Source of the DNA: Podarcis tiliguerta
Lineage: Eukaryota
Strand: one strand, 5' to 3'
NCBI GenBank assembly: GCA_965153285.1
Contig: OZ229114.1
DNA length: 64,000 nt
Numbering within the stretch: position 1 is the first letter of the stretch; each line of letters opens with the position of its first letter. The notes under the pieces were generated by a model. It saw only the letters and a program-made list of their open reading frames with translations, ran no database searches and was not told the DNA's origin. The position numbers were made by a program, and so were the translations under genes. This document shows positions 35,789 to 48,270 of this stretch, in pieces.

Positions 35789-36039
35789 CAGTCACATCTT
35801 GGCTTTCGAACATCTTGTGAGTTGAACATTTTCGGCTCCCGAATGTCGCAAACCCAGAAGTGACTGTTCTGGTTTGCAAACTATTTTTGGAACCCAAATG
35901 TCTGACGGGGCTTCCATGGCTTCTGATTGGCTGCAGGAGCTTCCTGCAGCCAATCAGAAGCCACACTTTGGCTTTCGAATGTTTTGGAAGTCAAACGAAC
36001 TTCCGGAAGAGATTCCATTTGACTTCCAAGGTATGACTG
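35789..36039. mobile_element. Tc1/mariner-type MITE with internal perfect palindrome
   Basis: TA|cagtcacatcttgg ... ccaaggtatgactg|TA (12/14). Perfect 22-bp stem at 35917-35938 / 35942-35963. Confidence 0.85.
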
Positions 36040-36283
36040 TACCAGATTCCCCATTTCCCTGCAGACATTTCCCCATTTCAGGCAATGAACAGACTGCCAT
36101 TACTGCTCTGGGAATCTGGCCGAAGGGAAGGCCAAATATCTCTGTAAGTGATAAAATAAATATTCTCTTCCCAAATTTGGTGCAAGTCCTCAGCAGCTTC
36201 ACAGGGGCAGGAGTTTAGGAAGAGACAGACACCCAACAATGAATAGTCTTTATAACAGCTATATATACAAGATCCTTAACATA

Positions 36284-36620
36284 CAGTGGTGCCTCGCAAG
36301 ACGAAAAGAATCCGTTCCGCGGGTCTTTTCGTCTTGCGGTTTTTTCGTCTTGCGAAGCAAGGCCATTGACGGAGTAGCGCTATTAGCGCTATTGGCTAAA
36401 AAAGGGCTAAAAACGGCTTTTTAACACTTGGGAGATTAGCGGTTTTGCTGCTAAAATGCTTTTAGCAGCTTAGCGATTCAAAATAAGGGGTTTTGGAGCG
36501 AAAAAAAAATTCAAATTTTTTCGTCATTTTTCGTCTTGCGAAGCGCCTCTGCAGACGGAAAACCCTTTCGTCTTGCGGGTTTTCCATCTTGTGAGGCATT
36601 CGTCTTGCGGGGCACCACTG
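36284..36620. mobile_element. Young Tc1/mariner-type MITE
   Basis: TA|cagtggtgcctcgcaagacgaa ... ttcgtcttgcggggcaccactg|TA (21/22 TIR). CpG-rich, with repeated ttcgtcttgcg. Confidence 0.92.
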
Positions 36621-37414
36621 TACTTAGACTGAATAGCCAACCTATAGACAATAGCATTTGCCCTCTCCGCATCAGCCACCACAATTCCATAAACATGAAG
36701 ATCTGAAAGAGCTGTTTTGAATAATAATTAACTCAACAGGTGTGGAAGGAGGTGGCAGCCCTGAGGACAGCAGGGGGCTGGGGGATGGCAGCTGGAGTGT
36801 TTGAGAACAGCAAAATATCAATAAACATCCCTATCAATCTTTTCCCTCCTGCCCCCAAAGTAGGTAGCCCGGTTCTGATTTATATACAACTTATATAATC
36901 CAGTGGCTAGGCTGCTGGTAGAGAAGATACATCATCCTAGAGAGTGAGCAGTATTATCTCTTGACAGCTACTGAATAAAACGATCTACCTTTCTGTCTTT
37001 GGGAAGTGCATGAAAAATTATTCACTCTCATTATTGAACTCAGGAGCTGCACTACTGAAGCGGTTCATATGTTAATGGCAACCTGGGTGACATGGCCTTG
37101 TGCTCATGTTTTCATCCTCCTTGTGCCCCACTTCAGTTAGTTACTTCCTCTTTAGGACAAATCAGTTTGCCATCACATCAAATCTGGCAAACTGTGGTTC
37201 ACACCTATCCTCCAAGCAGGAATACAAACAAGTTTTGAACCATAGTGTGCAATCTTGGAGAACAAGCACAGAAACCATAGTTTGTGCTATGGTGAAATGG
37301 AATCTGAACAGAGGAGAGCTATGGACTATCATGTGTGCTAAAGAGAAGGAAACTAACTGAACCTGAGTATGGGAGGGAATAGAGTTGTGTGCGAACACAA
37401 AGCTTGTTCAAATA

Positions 37415-37655
37415 CAGTCAAACCCCGTTTGTCGAATGTAATCCGTTCCGGAAGCCCGTTTGGCTTCTGAAATATTCGACAACCAAGGCGCAGCTTCCGA
37501 TTGGTTGCAGGAGCTTCCTGCACTCAAGCGGAAGCCGCGCCGGATGTTTGGCTTCCGAAAAACGTTAAAAAACCAGAGCATTTACTTCTGGGTTTTCGGT
37601 GTTCAGGAGCCAAAACGTTCTGAAACGGAGGTGTTTGGGATCCGAGTTTTGACTA
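37415..37655. mobile_element. Tc1/mariner-type MITE related to 35789-36039, opposite orientation
   Basis: TA|cagtcaaac ... ttttgacta|TA. Shares the gcttccgattggttgcaggagcttcctgca core. Its left subterminal gtcgaatgtaatccgttccggaa matches the reverse complement of the right subterminal of the 35789 copy. Confidence 0.8.
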
Positions 37656-37792
37656 TAGTACCAAACCATGTCTGAACGGAGCCACTATTAGAAGCTGGCT
37701 ACTGATTCCAAAGAAAAAGCATTCACATTAGTTTCTTATCAGGATTGGTCAGGCCTATCTCTCACAAATGAGGGAATACTCCTGTTTCTCAG

Positions 37793-37990
37793 CTGTACCA
37801 TTGCAGATTTCTGTTAGGGGCTCAACAAGATTGAATGCTCTTCCATTTGAAAAAATGCATAGAAAACTAGATGGCTAGGAGAAGGATCCTTGCCTTTCTC
37901 TCTAACATGTTAGTTTTCTCTGTGTATTTCTTTTGAATGGAGGAGTATTCAATCACTTTAAATCTTTAACCATTTACTGAAGTGGTACAG
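37793..37990. repeat. About 200-bp imperfect inverted repeat
   Basis: ctgtacca..gattgaatgctcttccatttgaaaaaatgcatagaaaacta pairs with tagttttctctgtgtatttcttttgaatggaggagtattcaatc..tggtacag. Confidence 0.85.
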
Positions 37991-39087
37991 TCCAAACACA
38001 GGTTTGCCACATGAGACAACTAGAGCTCAGATTGCCTGAAGTAGAACCTTATACTCTTATTTTGTAGCTTCTCTTTACCTGAGCTCTAATTGTTGTTGGG
38101 TACATAAACCTCATATCTGAATATTTTGCAAGCCCACATAATCCATGGAAACTTCCTTTCCAGCTCATTCATAAATAATGTTTGCCAATCTCTGAATCAG
38201 AATGGTATGAAGTATCTTAAGTAAATATAAAATTGTTCAGTCCAATATATATTCAAATGCACGCATAGGACATCATCCTAGAAAACAGGTTTTTTCAATC
38301 TAGTTTACTAATTATACTGAGATGTCAAATCAACATTCAATTACGATGTCAATCAAGCAGTTCCACAGAAACTGAAGAAAGAATCAATGGAAAAAGTGAC
38401 CGAACTATTGATGTAAACCAAGCTTTCCATTCGGTTATTTGAACTATCCTTGAGAAAGTCAGGCAAACTTAACAACTATCGTCAGTAAGCTAAAATGATA
38501 GAACCTCAGCCTAACTGATACCCTGTCACAGTCCAAAGCAGGGGTAACCAATGTGGTACCTGTTGTTGAACTATAACTCCCATCAACTTCAGCCAGCATG
38601 AGCAGTTGTCAGGACAGCAGCCATATTTAAGTACTTAAACTGGGCTATAAAGATCCTGGATAGAGTATGACTTCTCAACAGCATTCCCCTGGGTTCTGTT
38701 CAATCACTGTTGGGCTTTCTTTCGTTTGTTAAATTAACTAGAAGAATACTGGAAACCTAAAGGACCAACACACCAGCATATTTAACTGAGAGTCACATTG
38801 ATTTTAATGGAACTTGCTTCCAAGTAAGTATGCTTAGGATTGCAGTCTCAAGAGGCCAAATGAAAGGTGAACTGTGCTTATTAAGGTCACTTCTTAGACC
38901 TGTTTATAGAGTATTCATCCTATTTTTTGTTAGCAAAAAGCTTGCAAGGAGGTTAGACAACATTATTCTGATTTGTTTGAAGGGAGTTTACACAATATTA
39001 CATCAAGCAATTGTTACACCCCCCCCCCCCCCATTTTCACAGTACTTTCCTTATCACAAAAGGTCTAGTTTTGTGGAAAACACATTA

Positions 39088-39129
<42 letters not shown>

Positions 39130-39215
39130 TATACCCTGCCCTTCCCAGCCAAGACCGGGCTCAGGGCGGCTAACACAAGGTAAAAACAATTGATTAAAAT
39201 ACAACTTAAAAACAA
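39088..39215 (-). mobile_element. L2-like LINE 3' end with (ATT)14 tail
   Basis: (ATT)14 at 39088-39129, then tataccctgccc...ctcagggcggct, the terminal stem-loop typical of L2-class 3' ends. Confidence 0.7.
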
Positions 39216-42200
39216 GATTAAGTAATTTGATGTACAACAGCATCAAATCAACCACATTTGTGCTCCTTGATTTGGCCGTATGTGACTGAACCCCACCTGA
39301 AAATAGCAACAGTCTAGCAGCACTTCAAGACCATTTAATCGTTTTTAAAATGAACAAGGGATGTACTCATGACATTTCGCTGAGTCTGGTCCAGACACTG
39401 CAGTCAAAAGGTTTCTTAGCAACGATTAGGATACAGGTAGGGTTCCCCGCTAGGTCACAACCTGCAGAACCTTCTCATCTCTTGGGTAGCACCACAGCCA
39501 TTACACAGGATTCAGCTGTGGCTTTTCCTGTTTCTCCTCCTAGGCCTCTTACGCACCCTCCACCCCCAGCTGCTGTGTGTCAAAACAAGAGTTTCTCTGG
39601 CTGCAGCAGGTGGGGGAAGTGTGAGTGTGGAAACTGAAGCTGCATCCTCCTTCAGAGCTGCAGCAATATTAAAGTAACAAAAGGATTCTCATGGTTGTCG
39701 CCTGGCAAGCCTTGATGCACGTAGGGATGTCGAATCTGGATCTTGATCAGCTAAGCTCACACACTGCAGAAGAACTCCCATTTATGTAAGAACAAAAGAA
39801 CATCCAAAATGGTGATTGTTGCATATGCTTGTTGCAGATAAAGTAACTCTTTGCAGGATCCACTTTTCCAAAACTCTTGAGAGCCTCCAGCTTGCATAGA
39901 TTTTCCTGCACATTTTTAAAAATACGAACTTTTACAAATCCCAGTATAAACACATCTTTCATTGGAAATTGAGAGTGGTTTAATTTTGCTATCCTTTTTT
40001 ATTACTTTACCTTGTTGATCTGACACATCTTAGCCCCTATAAAGACCCCCCCCCCATTCATCAAGGAGCTCTGTTCCTCTTTTGTTGTGCACATAATTTT
40101 AAGAGCCTAAAGGTCACCCGCAGCAGATTTCACCTCTCTGCCTCCTGACTTTGGGGCTCTTATAGCACCTGCCACAGCTTTCCCGAGGGCAGCCTTCACT
40201 GCTTCTTATTCCAGTTTGTCACTAAGTACGAGAGAGAGAAATCAAGGGGCAGTAGCTGTCATTTGTTCAAACACAACTGTTGCCATGCAACAGTCACAGT
40301 GCCACAATTAATGCTTTTCAGATTTTGCTCTGCAGTGCAGCTATTTGCATAGCTGGATGCTGAAACATGTCTATTTGCACAGAGCTGTCACTGGCTGGTG
40401 TTCTGTTCTCAATTAGTATGTGTGCACAAATCCCTACATGCACATATACAGTCTGTTTCTTCGTTGTTTTGTTTTCTTCTGAAGGATGCACACAGGCTGC
40501 TAAAGAACATTTTAAAATTTCTGAGCAATGCTGGTGATTTTTAGGGTGGGGGCAGGAGATTAGCTACAATAGCAAACAACAGTAATCTTCCGTTTGTAGG
40601 TATTTGGAGGGTTTATCTGAGAAATGTAGTTCTTGAAGTTCAGGCCATTCAGTTTGGCCCCTATTTGTATAACCACCAAAATCTTCTACTTAACACACAA
40701 AACACCCCCCTATTTCCCACTTCCTTAATATGACCAAAACAGATGCATCTTCCCCAGCTACAGAACAGACTGTTTGGAATCCATCTAACTGAGCTACTGT
40801 ATATCCAAATAAGAGGGGTGTGTGTCCCAATTAATCACCCACTGCCTCCCAAGTTTCCTTTCCATCTCCATTTAGCCCCCTGGTAAATCAGTTTGACAGA
40901 GCATAAGTTTACAGGTATGTTTTGTACCTCAGAGGCACAAGAAGAAGCAGCAGAACAAAAGTTCAAGGCTAAGTGTTTCTGTTCCTTTCAGATCACTCTA
41001 AGCACCACGATTATAGCTCTGTAAAAAAAACAAGACATAGCTATAAACTTATAAAACCCAGCCCTGTTTGTTTTTTTTTATACATCAAGAGGGAGACAGT
41101 TCTCTCCCTCTCCCTTATGCTTTTCAGCAGCCAACTCACAAAACAGATTATCAGCAGCAGAAGTCCCAGCACCCAGCTGTAGCAGAACTTCCTCTCCCCT
41201 TCAGACTGAGGGGGCAACAGAAACCTCAGTCAGAACATGAAACAAAGTTTGAATTTGTCACAAGATGGACATGGTTTTGAGCCTGGGCTGCAGAGGCTTT
41301 AGAAAGGTCAGTGAAGAAGTGACACATCGCCTCTGTGCAGAAACACCCCTTATGAACAGTGGTCCAGACCTCCTCCTCATAGCAACCCAAAAAACACAGG
41401 GGGTTAGTTTGAAAAACCGCAGCCCACACCTGGATGGGCTGAGGAAGAAGAAAAACACACTAGTTTCACCCTTAAATGCATTTTCAGAACACCAATAATG
41501 TCCTTTATTCCTGAATGAATCTCTTGCTGATGATTTTTAAAAAAGGGGGAGACCCACTTCAAACTGAATAAAATTTCCCATGTGGTTTTTTTCATGTAGA
41601 AAATGCAACAAACAAAGGCCAGTTTGTATTGCCTGTGTTGTTTCAGGCTGGCTAGTTTATGAATCAGAACAACAAAAGCATTGGCCATAATCTGGAACAA
41701 GTCTCGTGCTTCCCCCCATTTGTCACCCAAATGCAGGGTGGTTGGCAGAAATTAGTCTACTCTGAACACACAGGGAAATCTGAGCCAGAAAAAAATAGTT
41801 TATGAATCAAGGGGCCCGTAAAGAGGAGGGGTAAATTTTGTACACAATTCTAAAAAAGCCAAATACATAGGCAATCAAACCTACAAGTCCCTTGATTTTC
41901 TTTGTTTTTGATGATGTCTTTTGGATTAATATACTCTATATGGGAGAGCAAGGCAGAATTTTAGCCCTTCAGAGTATGGAATTTTGGAAGTACTATACAT
42001 TTTTTAAAAGCAACCTTCTTCACTATCTGAATCCAATCAAGTTAGGTAAAGAAGCCTCTGCAACCTATATCAAGGGTACCTGATCTGTGCATTTTATTTC
42101 TTTCCAGAGCGTTCTGCTCTCCTTCCCACCCACCCACCCTCACCCACCCACTTTCCCCCATACAACATTTTAATCACCAGCTGTGACGCATCTAACAACC

Positions 42201-42903
42201 TTCTTGTGGCTAATTGAAAAACGTTATCATTCAGTCCATCCCTTTTAAACCAGGGGAGATTTATCATGCTGAAACATTAACCCACGTACTGCTTTCATTT
42301 CAAGGGCTTTTCACAATGGTCCTTGCTAATTTTTCTGATTATCAAGGACGTTGGGGAGCTTTTCTTCCTCTCCCCCCCCCCCCCCGGGTGAATGCATGGT
42401 GTTCCTGCCGCTGATAGTACAAACACCACTCACTCACTCAACAGCTGGGCGTCGTGGCAGCCACCACGGCCACCTTTATAAAATAAAAACACAAATAAGA
42501 GCTTGCAAACTTATGAACTGATGAAAGGCTTTAAACATGAAACTCAAACCCAGAACAAAAATCTTCTAATCTAACAATTCCAGGGCTCTGAGAATGATCT
42601 CTGTAGCTAGGAATAGAAGCCCCAAGCTACAGAGGGCTACCTGACCCAAGGCCACTTCTACTACATTAAAAGGTTAGTACTGTGCAGGTTTATATAAGTC
42701 TCGATTTTACTACACTCTATGAACAGAAGATACCATTCATTCGCTTAGCACAAGTTCATACATCAAATCCACCGAGTTATCTTAAAAACTTCAGGTGAGG
42801 ATGTCAACCAATCATTAGAAAATGGATGAGCATCTTTAAAACATCACATGATGCCCGTATCCTGTGCAAATAGAAGTTTTTAAGAGAAGATAAATATATG
42901 GAT

Positions 42904-43140
42904 GGGACGCGGGTGGCGCTGCGGGTAAAACCTCAGCACCTAGGACTTGCCGATCTCATGGTTGGCGGTTTGAATCCCCGCGGCGGGGTGCGCTCCCGTT
43001 GCTCGGTCCCAGCGCCTGCCAACCTAGCAGTTCGAAAGCACCCCCGTGTGCAAGTAGATAAATAGGGACCGCTTACTAGCGGGAAGGTAAATGGCGTTCC
43101 GTGTGCTGCTCTGGTGCCGGTTCGCCGGAGCAGCTTCGCC
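42904..43140 (+). mobile_element. Sauria SINE (lacertid type), 3'-truncated
   Basis: gggacgcgggtggcgctgcggg head; A box 42914-42924; B box ggtttgaatcc 42967-42977; core cctgccaacctagcagttcgaaagcac and gtgcaagtagataaatagg. CpG-rich. Confidence 0.88.
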
Positions 43141-43452
43141 AGCAGCGCCTCCTCCTGGCTTCTCCCCACCCTGCCTAGAGGAGGAAGGGGGCTGGGCTTT
43201 GTTGGTGACAGCAGCAGCAGCGCTTGAGTGGCCGCCATTTTAAGCAGCCCCTCTCCGGAGCCCTTTGGCGTGCTGCTCATCGTCCTCCCGTTGCCGTCAG
43301 CCCCTGCCACTCACAAGACACAGGTAAGCAGCCACTGGGGCTCATGGTGCTCTTCCATCATTCCCCCCCCCAAAAAAAAATATAGTCTGGCCCCCCACAA
43401 GGTCTGAGGGACAGTGGACCGCCCCCCTGATGAAAAAGTTTGCTGACCCCCG
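43141..43452. mobile_element. One end of a hAT-type non-autonomous element
   Basis: Ends aaggtctgagggacagtggaccgccccc..gaaaaagtttgctgacccccg; the reverse complement resembles CAGGGGTCAGCAAAC hAT termini. The partner TIR is not seen. Confidence 0.55.
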
Positions 43453-43489
43453 CTATAAACCGTCTCAGGTGCTGCAACTTGTGGGCGGT

Positions 43490-43692
43490 GTGGCAGCCTC
43501 AGAGAGGACCTTCTCTGTGGTGGCCCCTAAGTACTTCTTCCCCACAGAGGTGTGTCTGGCAACTCTTTACCCTGACCTTTGACACTCGAGGTGTATATTT
43601 TAAGATGGACCTTATTTTGTCATTTTAAGTTGTCTTAACCCGTTTTTAATATGTTTTAAATGTTTTAACTCACCCTGGGACCTTAGGTGAAG
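43490..43692 (+). mobile_element. Degenerate L2-like 3' fragment
   Basis: Translates ERTFSVVAP (ORF2 C-terminal motif), then a T-rich tail region and caccctgggaccttaggtgaag. Confidence 0.45.
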
Positions 43693-46600
43693 TTCAAGAA
43701 TCCATCCATGAGAGTACCGGTAGACATGACTGCAGCAGAACCAAACAGGACAGAGTTCTGCTTTCTTTCACAAATTGAAACCAGTGCCAATAGGGGCTAA
43801 TGGAATTCTTATTACTGGGACTATGCTAGAGTTGACTGGATTTTCTCACAGAAAAATGCACTATTCAAATCTTGTCCTGGAAATTAGCACCATTTTCAGT
43901 GTTGTGTTGCTGAGTAAATTTGATGTTAAAGTTTATTTACATGCCTGAAACCTCACAATGCTATTTCAAAAGGATTGTGTGTGTGTGCATGTGAGTAAAA
44001 CGAAAGGATTAAAGACAAAGTTATAATAAAAGGGCTCAAGGGAAAAGTCACAGCAAGGTGCCTTAGCCAAAGGTAACAGCATGGCATGAAAATCATGCAG
44101 AGCCCTCCCTCCTCAGTTGACAGGGCAGTGAGGAAGGGAAATCCAGCCTTGACTTACCACCTGTATTATGTTATGTTGAAAGAAGTATATAGAGTTTCTA
44201 TACTGCTGTGCGATGAATTGAATGCAAATTATGCTCCTTGCAGCAGATGGAAGGGTGGGGGGGAGCATAGAAGTTGTTTTTTGCTACCCGAAATAATAGC
44301 CACCTGAATTTTCTACTGCCTGTATTGCTCTTCCCCCTCTTCTTACCCACAGCACAGGAAGCTTTGCCAGTGAAATGAGCTGTTGTTGGGTCTTAAAATA
44401 TTTCCAATTAGTTGAATCAAATATCTGGAGTCTAGAGGCAAACACAGAGCTTAGCAATACAGTGAACAGAATGAAGTGCTGCCAGTTACTCTTGTTATGC
44501 AGAAATAGTTATAAGTATTTTTAACAAAATCACATTATTTGGGCTCATATACAGGCATTTCAGGCATAGGTAGTACTAGGCCTGCTGTCAGGCTAGTTAT
44601 TAATACTAACATCAAATCTTCAGCCTATGTGGCATATGAATCACAAAAGAAAATGGCTCCTCTGCTTGTTCTGCAGCCTGCAGCACCAACTGCTCCCACG
44701 CATGACTCACTAATAACAGCACACATATTGGGAAGTGAAATCCCACTAAACTCAGTCAGACTTCCTTCCCAGTAAAGGTGTTTAGATTCAGGCTGCTACC
44801 GTCAGCACCTCCAGCTAAACCTATCGTGAGGGCTGCTACATTGAAAGGATTGGAAGGTTGTCATTCAAACAGAAATCCACTGGGCAAAGATTATTTTTTT
44901 TCCAAAATCCCATTTGATTTGCAAATAATAATTTTAAAAAATCAATGAACTGTTTGGTGATCCAAGGATGTTGGAGGATGTTTGTGCAGGCAAACATGTT
45001 TCTTGCTTATTCTGACTAAAATAGAAAGGATGAATTGTACAGCACATCTCTTGGTTCAGCCTAACTGGGTTCACTGCTCATTCGATAAGCTTGAAAGAAA
45101 ACAGCTTAATTAACACAGGGATGAATCCAGACTTCACTCCTGTTGACATGCACATCCTCTGAGCAGAGTCCCACATCAGAGTACACTTTCTCCAGCAGAG
45201 TAACTTCTGCAGATTCCCTCTCCCTCTGCAGCCCCCGGTGCCACTGCCTACACTCTGCCGGAGTACTGATGGGTACTCCAGAACAACATGCGAAGTGGTA
45301 CTGGGAGCTCCAGGTGATGGAGAAATCTGCAAAGTTGGTTCATCCCATCCACCAGTAGGATTCCTCTGCTGAATCAAAACCCTTCCAGGAATGAGTCAGT
45401 CTCTCTGTCAACAGAAGTTAAAGAAAAAATTGCCTATTCCTAGTATGGATTACTTAGCTAAAATACAGTGTATAGATAATTAATTGCACCTGGCCCACCA
45501 AGGCTTTAATTGTACTGTAGTAGCTTTTACCTATATGGATGCCTGGCATTCCCCAGATGTGTATACAAAGGCACATACTGGCATATTTTTGCTTCCAAAA
45601 TTCAGACTATTCCTGCAGTAAAGATGGGTAGAAGATCAGAATTTCATCCAGCAATTGAGAGCACAGATTGTTAGCCAAAGTAGGTCAGTTTACTTGAACA
45701 CTAATTGGTCAGAACTTCCCAGGAAACAAGTGCCCCCCATGTTATTTAGTTGAAAGGTAGAGCTGTTGCCAGTTCTTGTGCATTTGTTCTTGTGCATTTG
45801 GGAAACAACCTGCCCAGACAACCCTCCTGAAAAGAGTCTAAGGCTGTGGGAGAGGAATCAATAGGTTTCCAATCCCTCTCCTAAAACAAAGTTTGGGAAG
45901 GGAAGAAAAGAATACTATGCTTCCAGGTGTTAAATGAAATGTTTAGGTAAAAGGAAGAATGTCCTTACTCCCCCCCCAAAAAAATCATGGGGTGCCACCA
46001 TGTTTAGTTAGGGCAATAGGGCAGACCGCCCAATTTCAAAACTTACACCACCACATTGGATCTGTGACAGACCGAAGGTTTGAGAGAGAGGTGAATTAGT
46101 AAAGGACTGTGTGTAGTAAATGCATATGGGGAATATAGCGGGGAAAGAACTCTACTCCAACTTGACAGATCTTTAACACCTATATATGAACCACAATTCC
46201 CAAGATTCTGTGGCATTCTAATGTCACATTGAGAACAAAACTCTGGATGGGGACAGGCAAAGGGAAGGCGGGGTAGCTTTAGTTCTCAAAAGACTTTCAT
46301 TGTATTTTGTGAGACAAACTAAATGGTCTACAGTCTGGAACACCATCAAGAATAGATAGGCAACAGCAGGCTTAGCTCTCATGCCACTATTGGGCCCCAA
46401 GTAGTTCCCTTTAATTTCTCCTATATAAGTAAATATTGGATGTTCATTGAGAAGGAGGGAAATAAAACATTAAGACTTCTAGCCAGCTTTGCAGTGCAGG
46501 CAAAACCTTTCACCCCTGGCAATAATAACCTAGTGTCTACTGATACTGAATTGTGGGTGACACCGGGTTGCAATATACAGCTGCTGCCTACGTACAAGAG

Positions 46601-46866
46601 AACACACTATAATGATGAACATTCTGCAAGTAATTCATAATTTGCAAAGTGTCTATTAGGGACAGACAGAAGAAATTGTAGGGAGTTGGGATAAGTAATA
46701 TTATTATGCAGAAACATTATGGCTCTATGCAGCTACACTATGGAATATGTGATACCCAGCAGAGGCAAGTCTTTTTGACCCTATAACAGTGTACAACTGA
46801 CCATGTCTAATCAGAAGTAGGTCCTATTGAATTCAACAGGGCTGACTCTCAGGGAGTAATCTTAGT

Positions 46867-47170
46867 AATAATAATAATAATAATTTATTATTTATACCCC
46901 GCCCATCTGGCTGGGCCTCCCCAGCCACTCTGGGCGGCTTCCATAGAAACCAAAAATACAGTAAAATATCACACGTTAAAAACTTCCCTGAACAGGGCTG
47001 CCTTAAGATGTCTTCTGAATGTCAGGTAGTTGTTTATCGCTTTGACATCTGCTGGAAGGGCGTTCCACAGGGCGGGCGCCACTACCAAGAAGGCCCTCTG
47101 CCTGGTTCCCTGTAGCTTTGCTTCTTGCAATGAGGGAACCGCCAGAAGGCCCTTGGCGTTGGACTTCAGC
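46867..47170 (-). mobile_element. 5'-truncated L2-class LINE, young
   Basis: Minus-strand translation LKSNAKGLLAVPSLQEAKLQGTRQRAFLVVAPALWNALPADVKAINNYLTFRRHLKAALFREVF, followed by a 3' stem-loop and (TTA)n tail. Candidate TSD CTTAGT at 46861-46866 and 47171-47176. Confidence 0.88.
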
Positions 47171-48270
47171 CTTAGTTTCTCAGAGGAAGGAATTCCCCTC
47201 CTCTCACAATGGACTAGTCAATTAAAAGTCCACTTATGATGGCCCATAGAATTTAAAGAGAGTTGTTGAAAATGAAGCCTCTTTCTGTCCACATAGCCTT
47301 GCCCTTGGTTGTGTTTGTTGCTGATGCAAAGTGTGTGACAAAGGAGGATCCCAGAAACATGCACATATATAATAACTTGAGAACTCAGCAAACTACACAG
47401 TTGAGGTGGTTAAGAGTGCATATTAATAGGAATATGAGATTAGAAGGAAAGTGCTGTAAATGAATCATTCTGAGTGAAATATAGGATGGTGGAAAGGTTG
47501 TTTATAAAAAATACAGGCATCACTAACATGGCCTTCTATCCAGCAGCTGCCGAAAACCATAGATCTACTTCTTTGACTGACTGGGGGGAGACGAGACTAT
47601 GTAGAAAGGCCCTATAACACTGATTTCAAATCAATGCCTAGTAGCAGCAGTATGCTACACGTAAGCCATATGCAAAAGGAATTAACTCTTTATCCAGATA
47701 TGTACTGTGTTGCTCAAGACTTTTGTCTTGCCCATATAAATTAAAGGCTGTTAGTAATTACAATATTTCACAGTGTCTGTGGTTAGATTCAGATATTCAT
47801 TTTTGAAAGAATGTAGCAAACACAAGTTCACACATTATTTTCATATTTTCATAATTTCTTCTGAACATGCTCCCATGTGGCAGGCCTGAGATTTATCATA
47901 CCTCGGATACAATGAAAACATACTGTATCTAGTAATAATACCTCACTACACTGAAAAGAGCATTCGGAAGAACCACAAGGAAGTGAAAGGTAAAAGACAC
48001 CTTGTGGTGACATTTCCTCATTTGGTACAATTTATTTTTAAATCTTGCATCCCAGTTCTATATAGGAGCTTCAAAAGAGCTACGAATAAAAAAATCTTTT
48101 TTTTATTAACAGGCCAATCAAATCAAATAATAAACCTACACATCAACTAATCATTAAAAGGTGTCCGAAGGAGGGAACTGAAAATGTGGCTGAGAGGCAG
48201 TTACTGCATGACAAGAGTACATTTTTACATTCATGAGCATCTGCTCTGCTACTCAAATACAAAACACAGT

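Noticed and set aside
38830-39309. ORFs with poly-Ile or poly-Asn runs
   Set aside because: They are translations of the (ATT)14 LINE tail.
42904-42980. tRNA-like A and B boxes
   Set aside because: This is a SINE head; it has no cloverleaf and continues into the Sauria SINE core.
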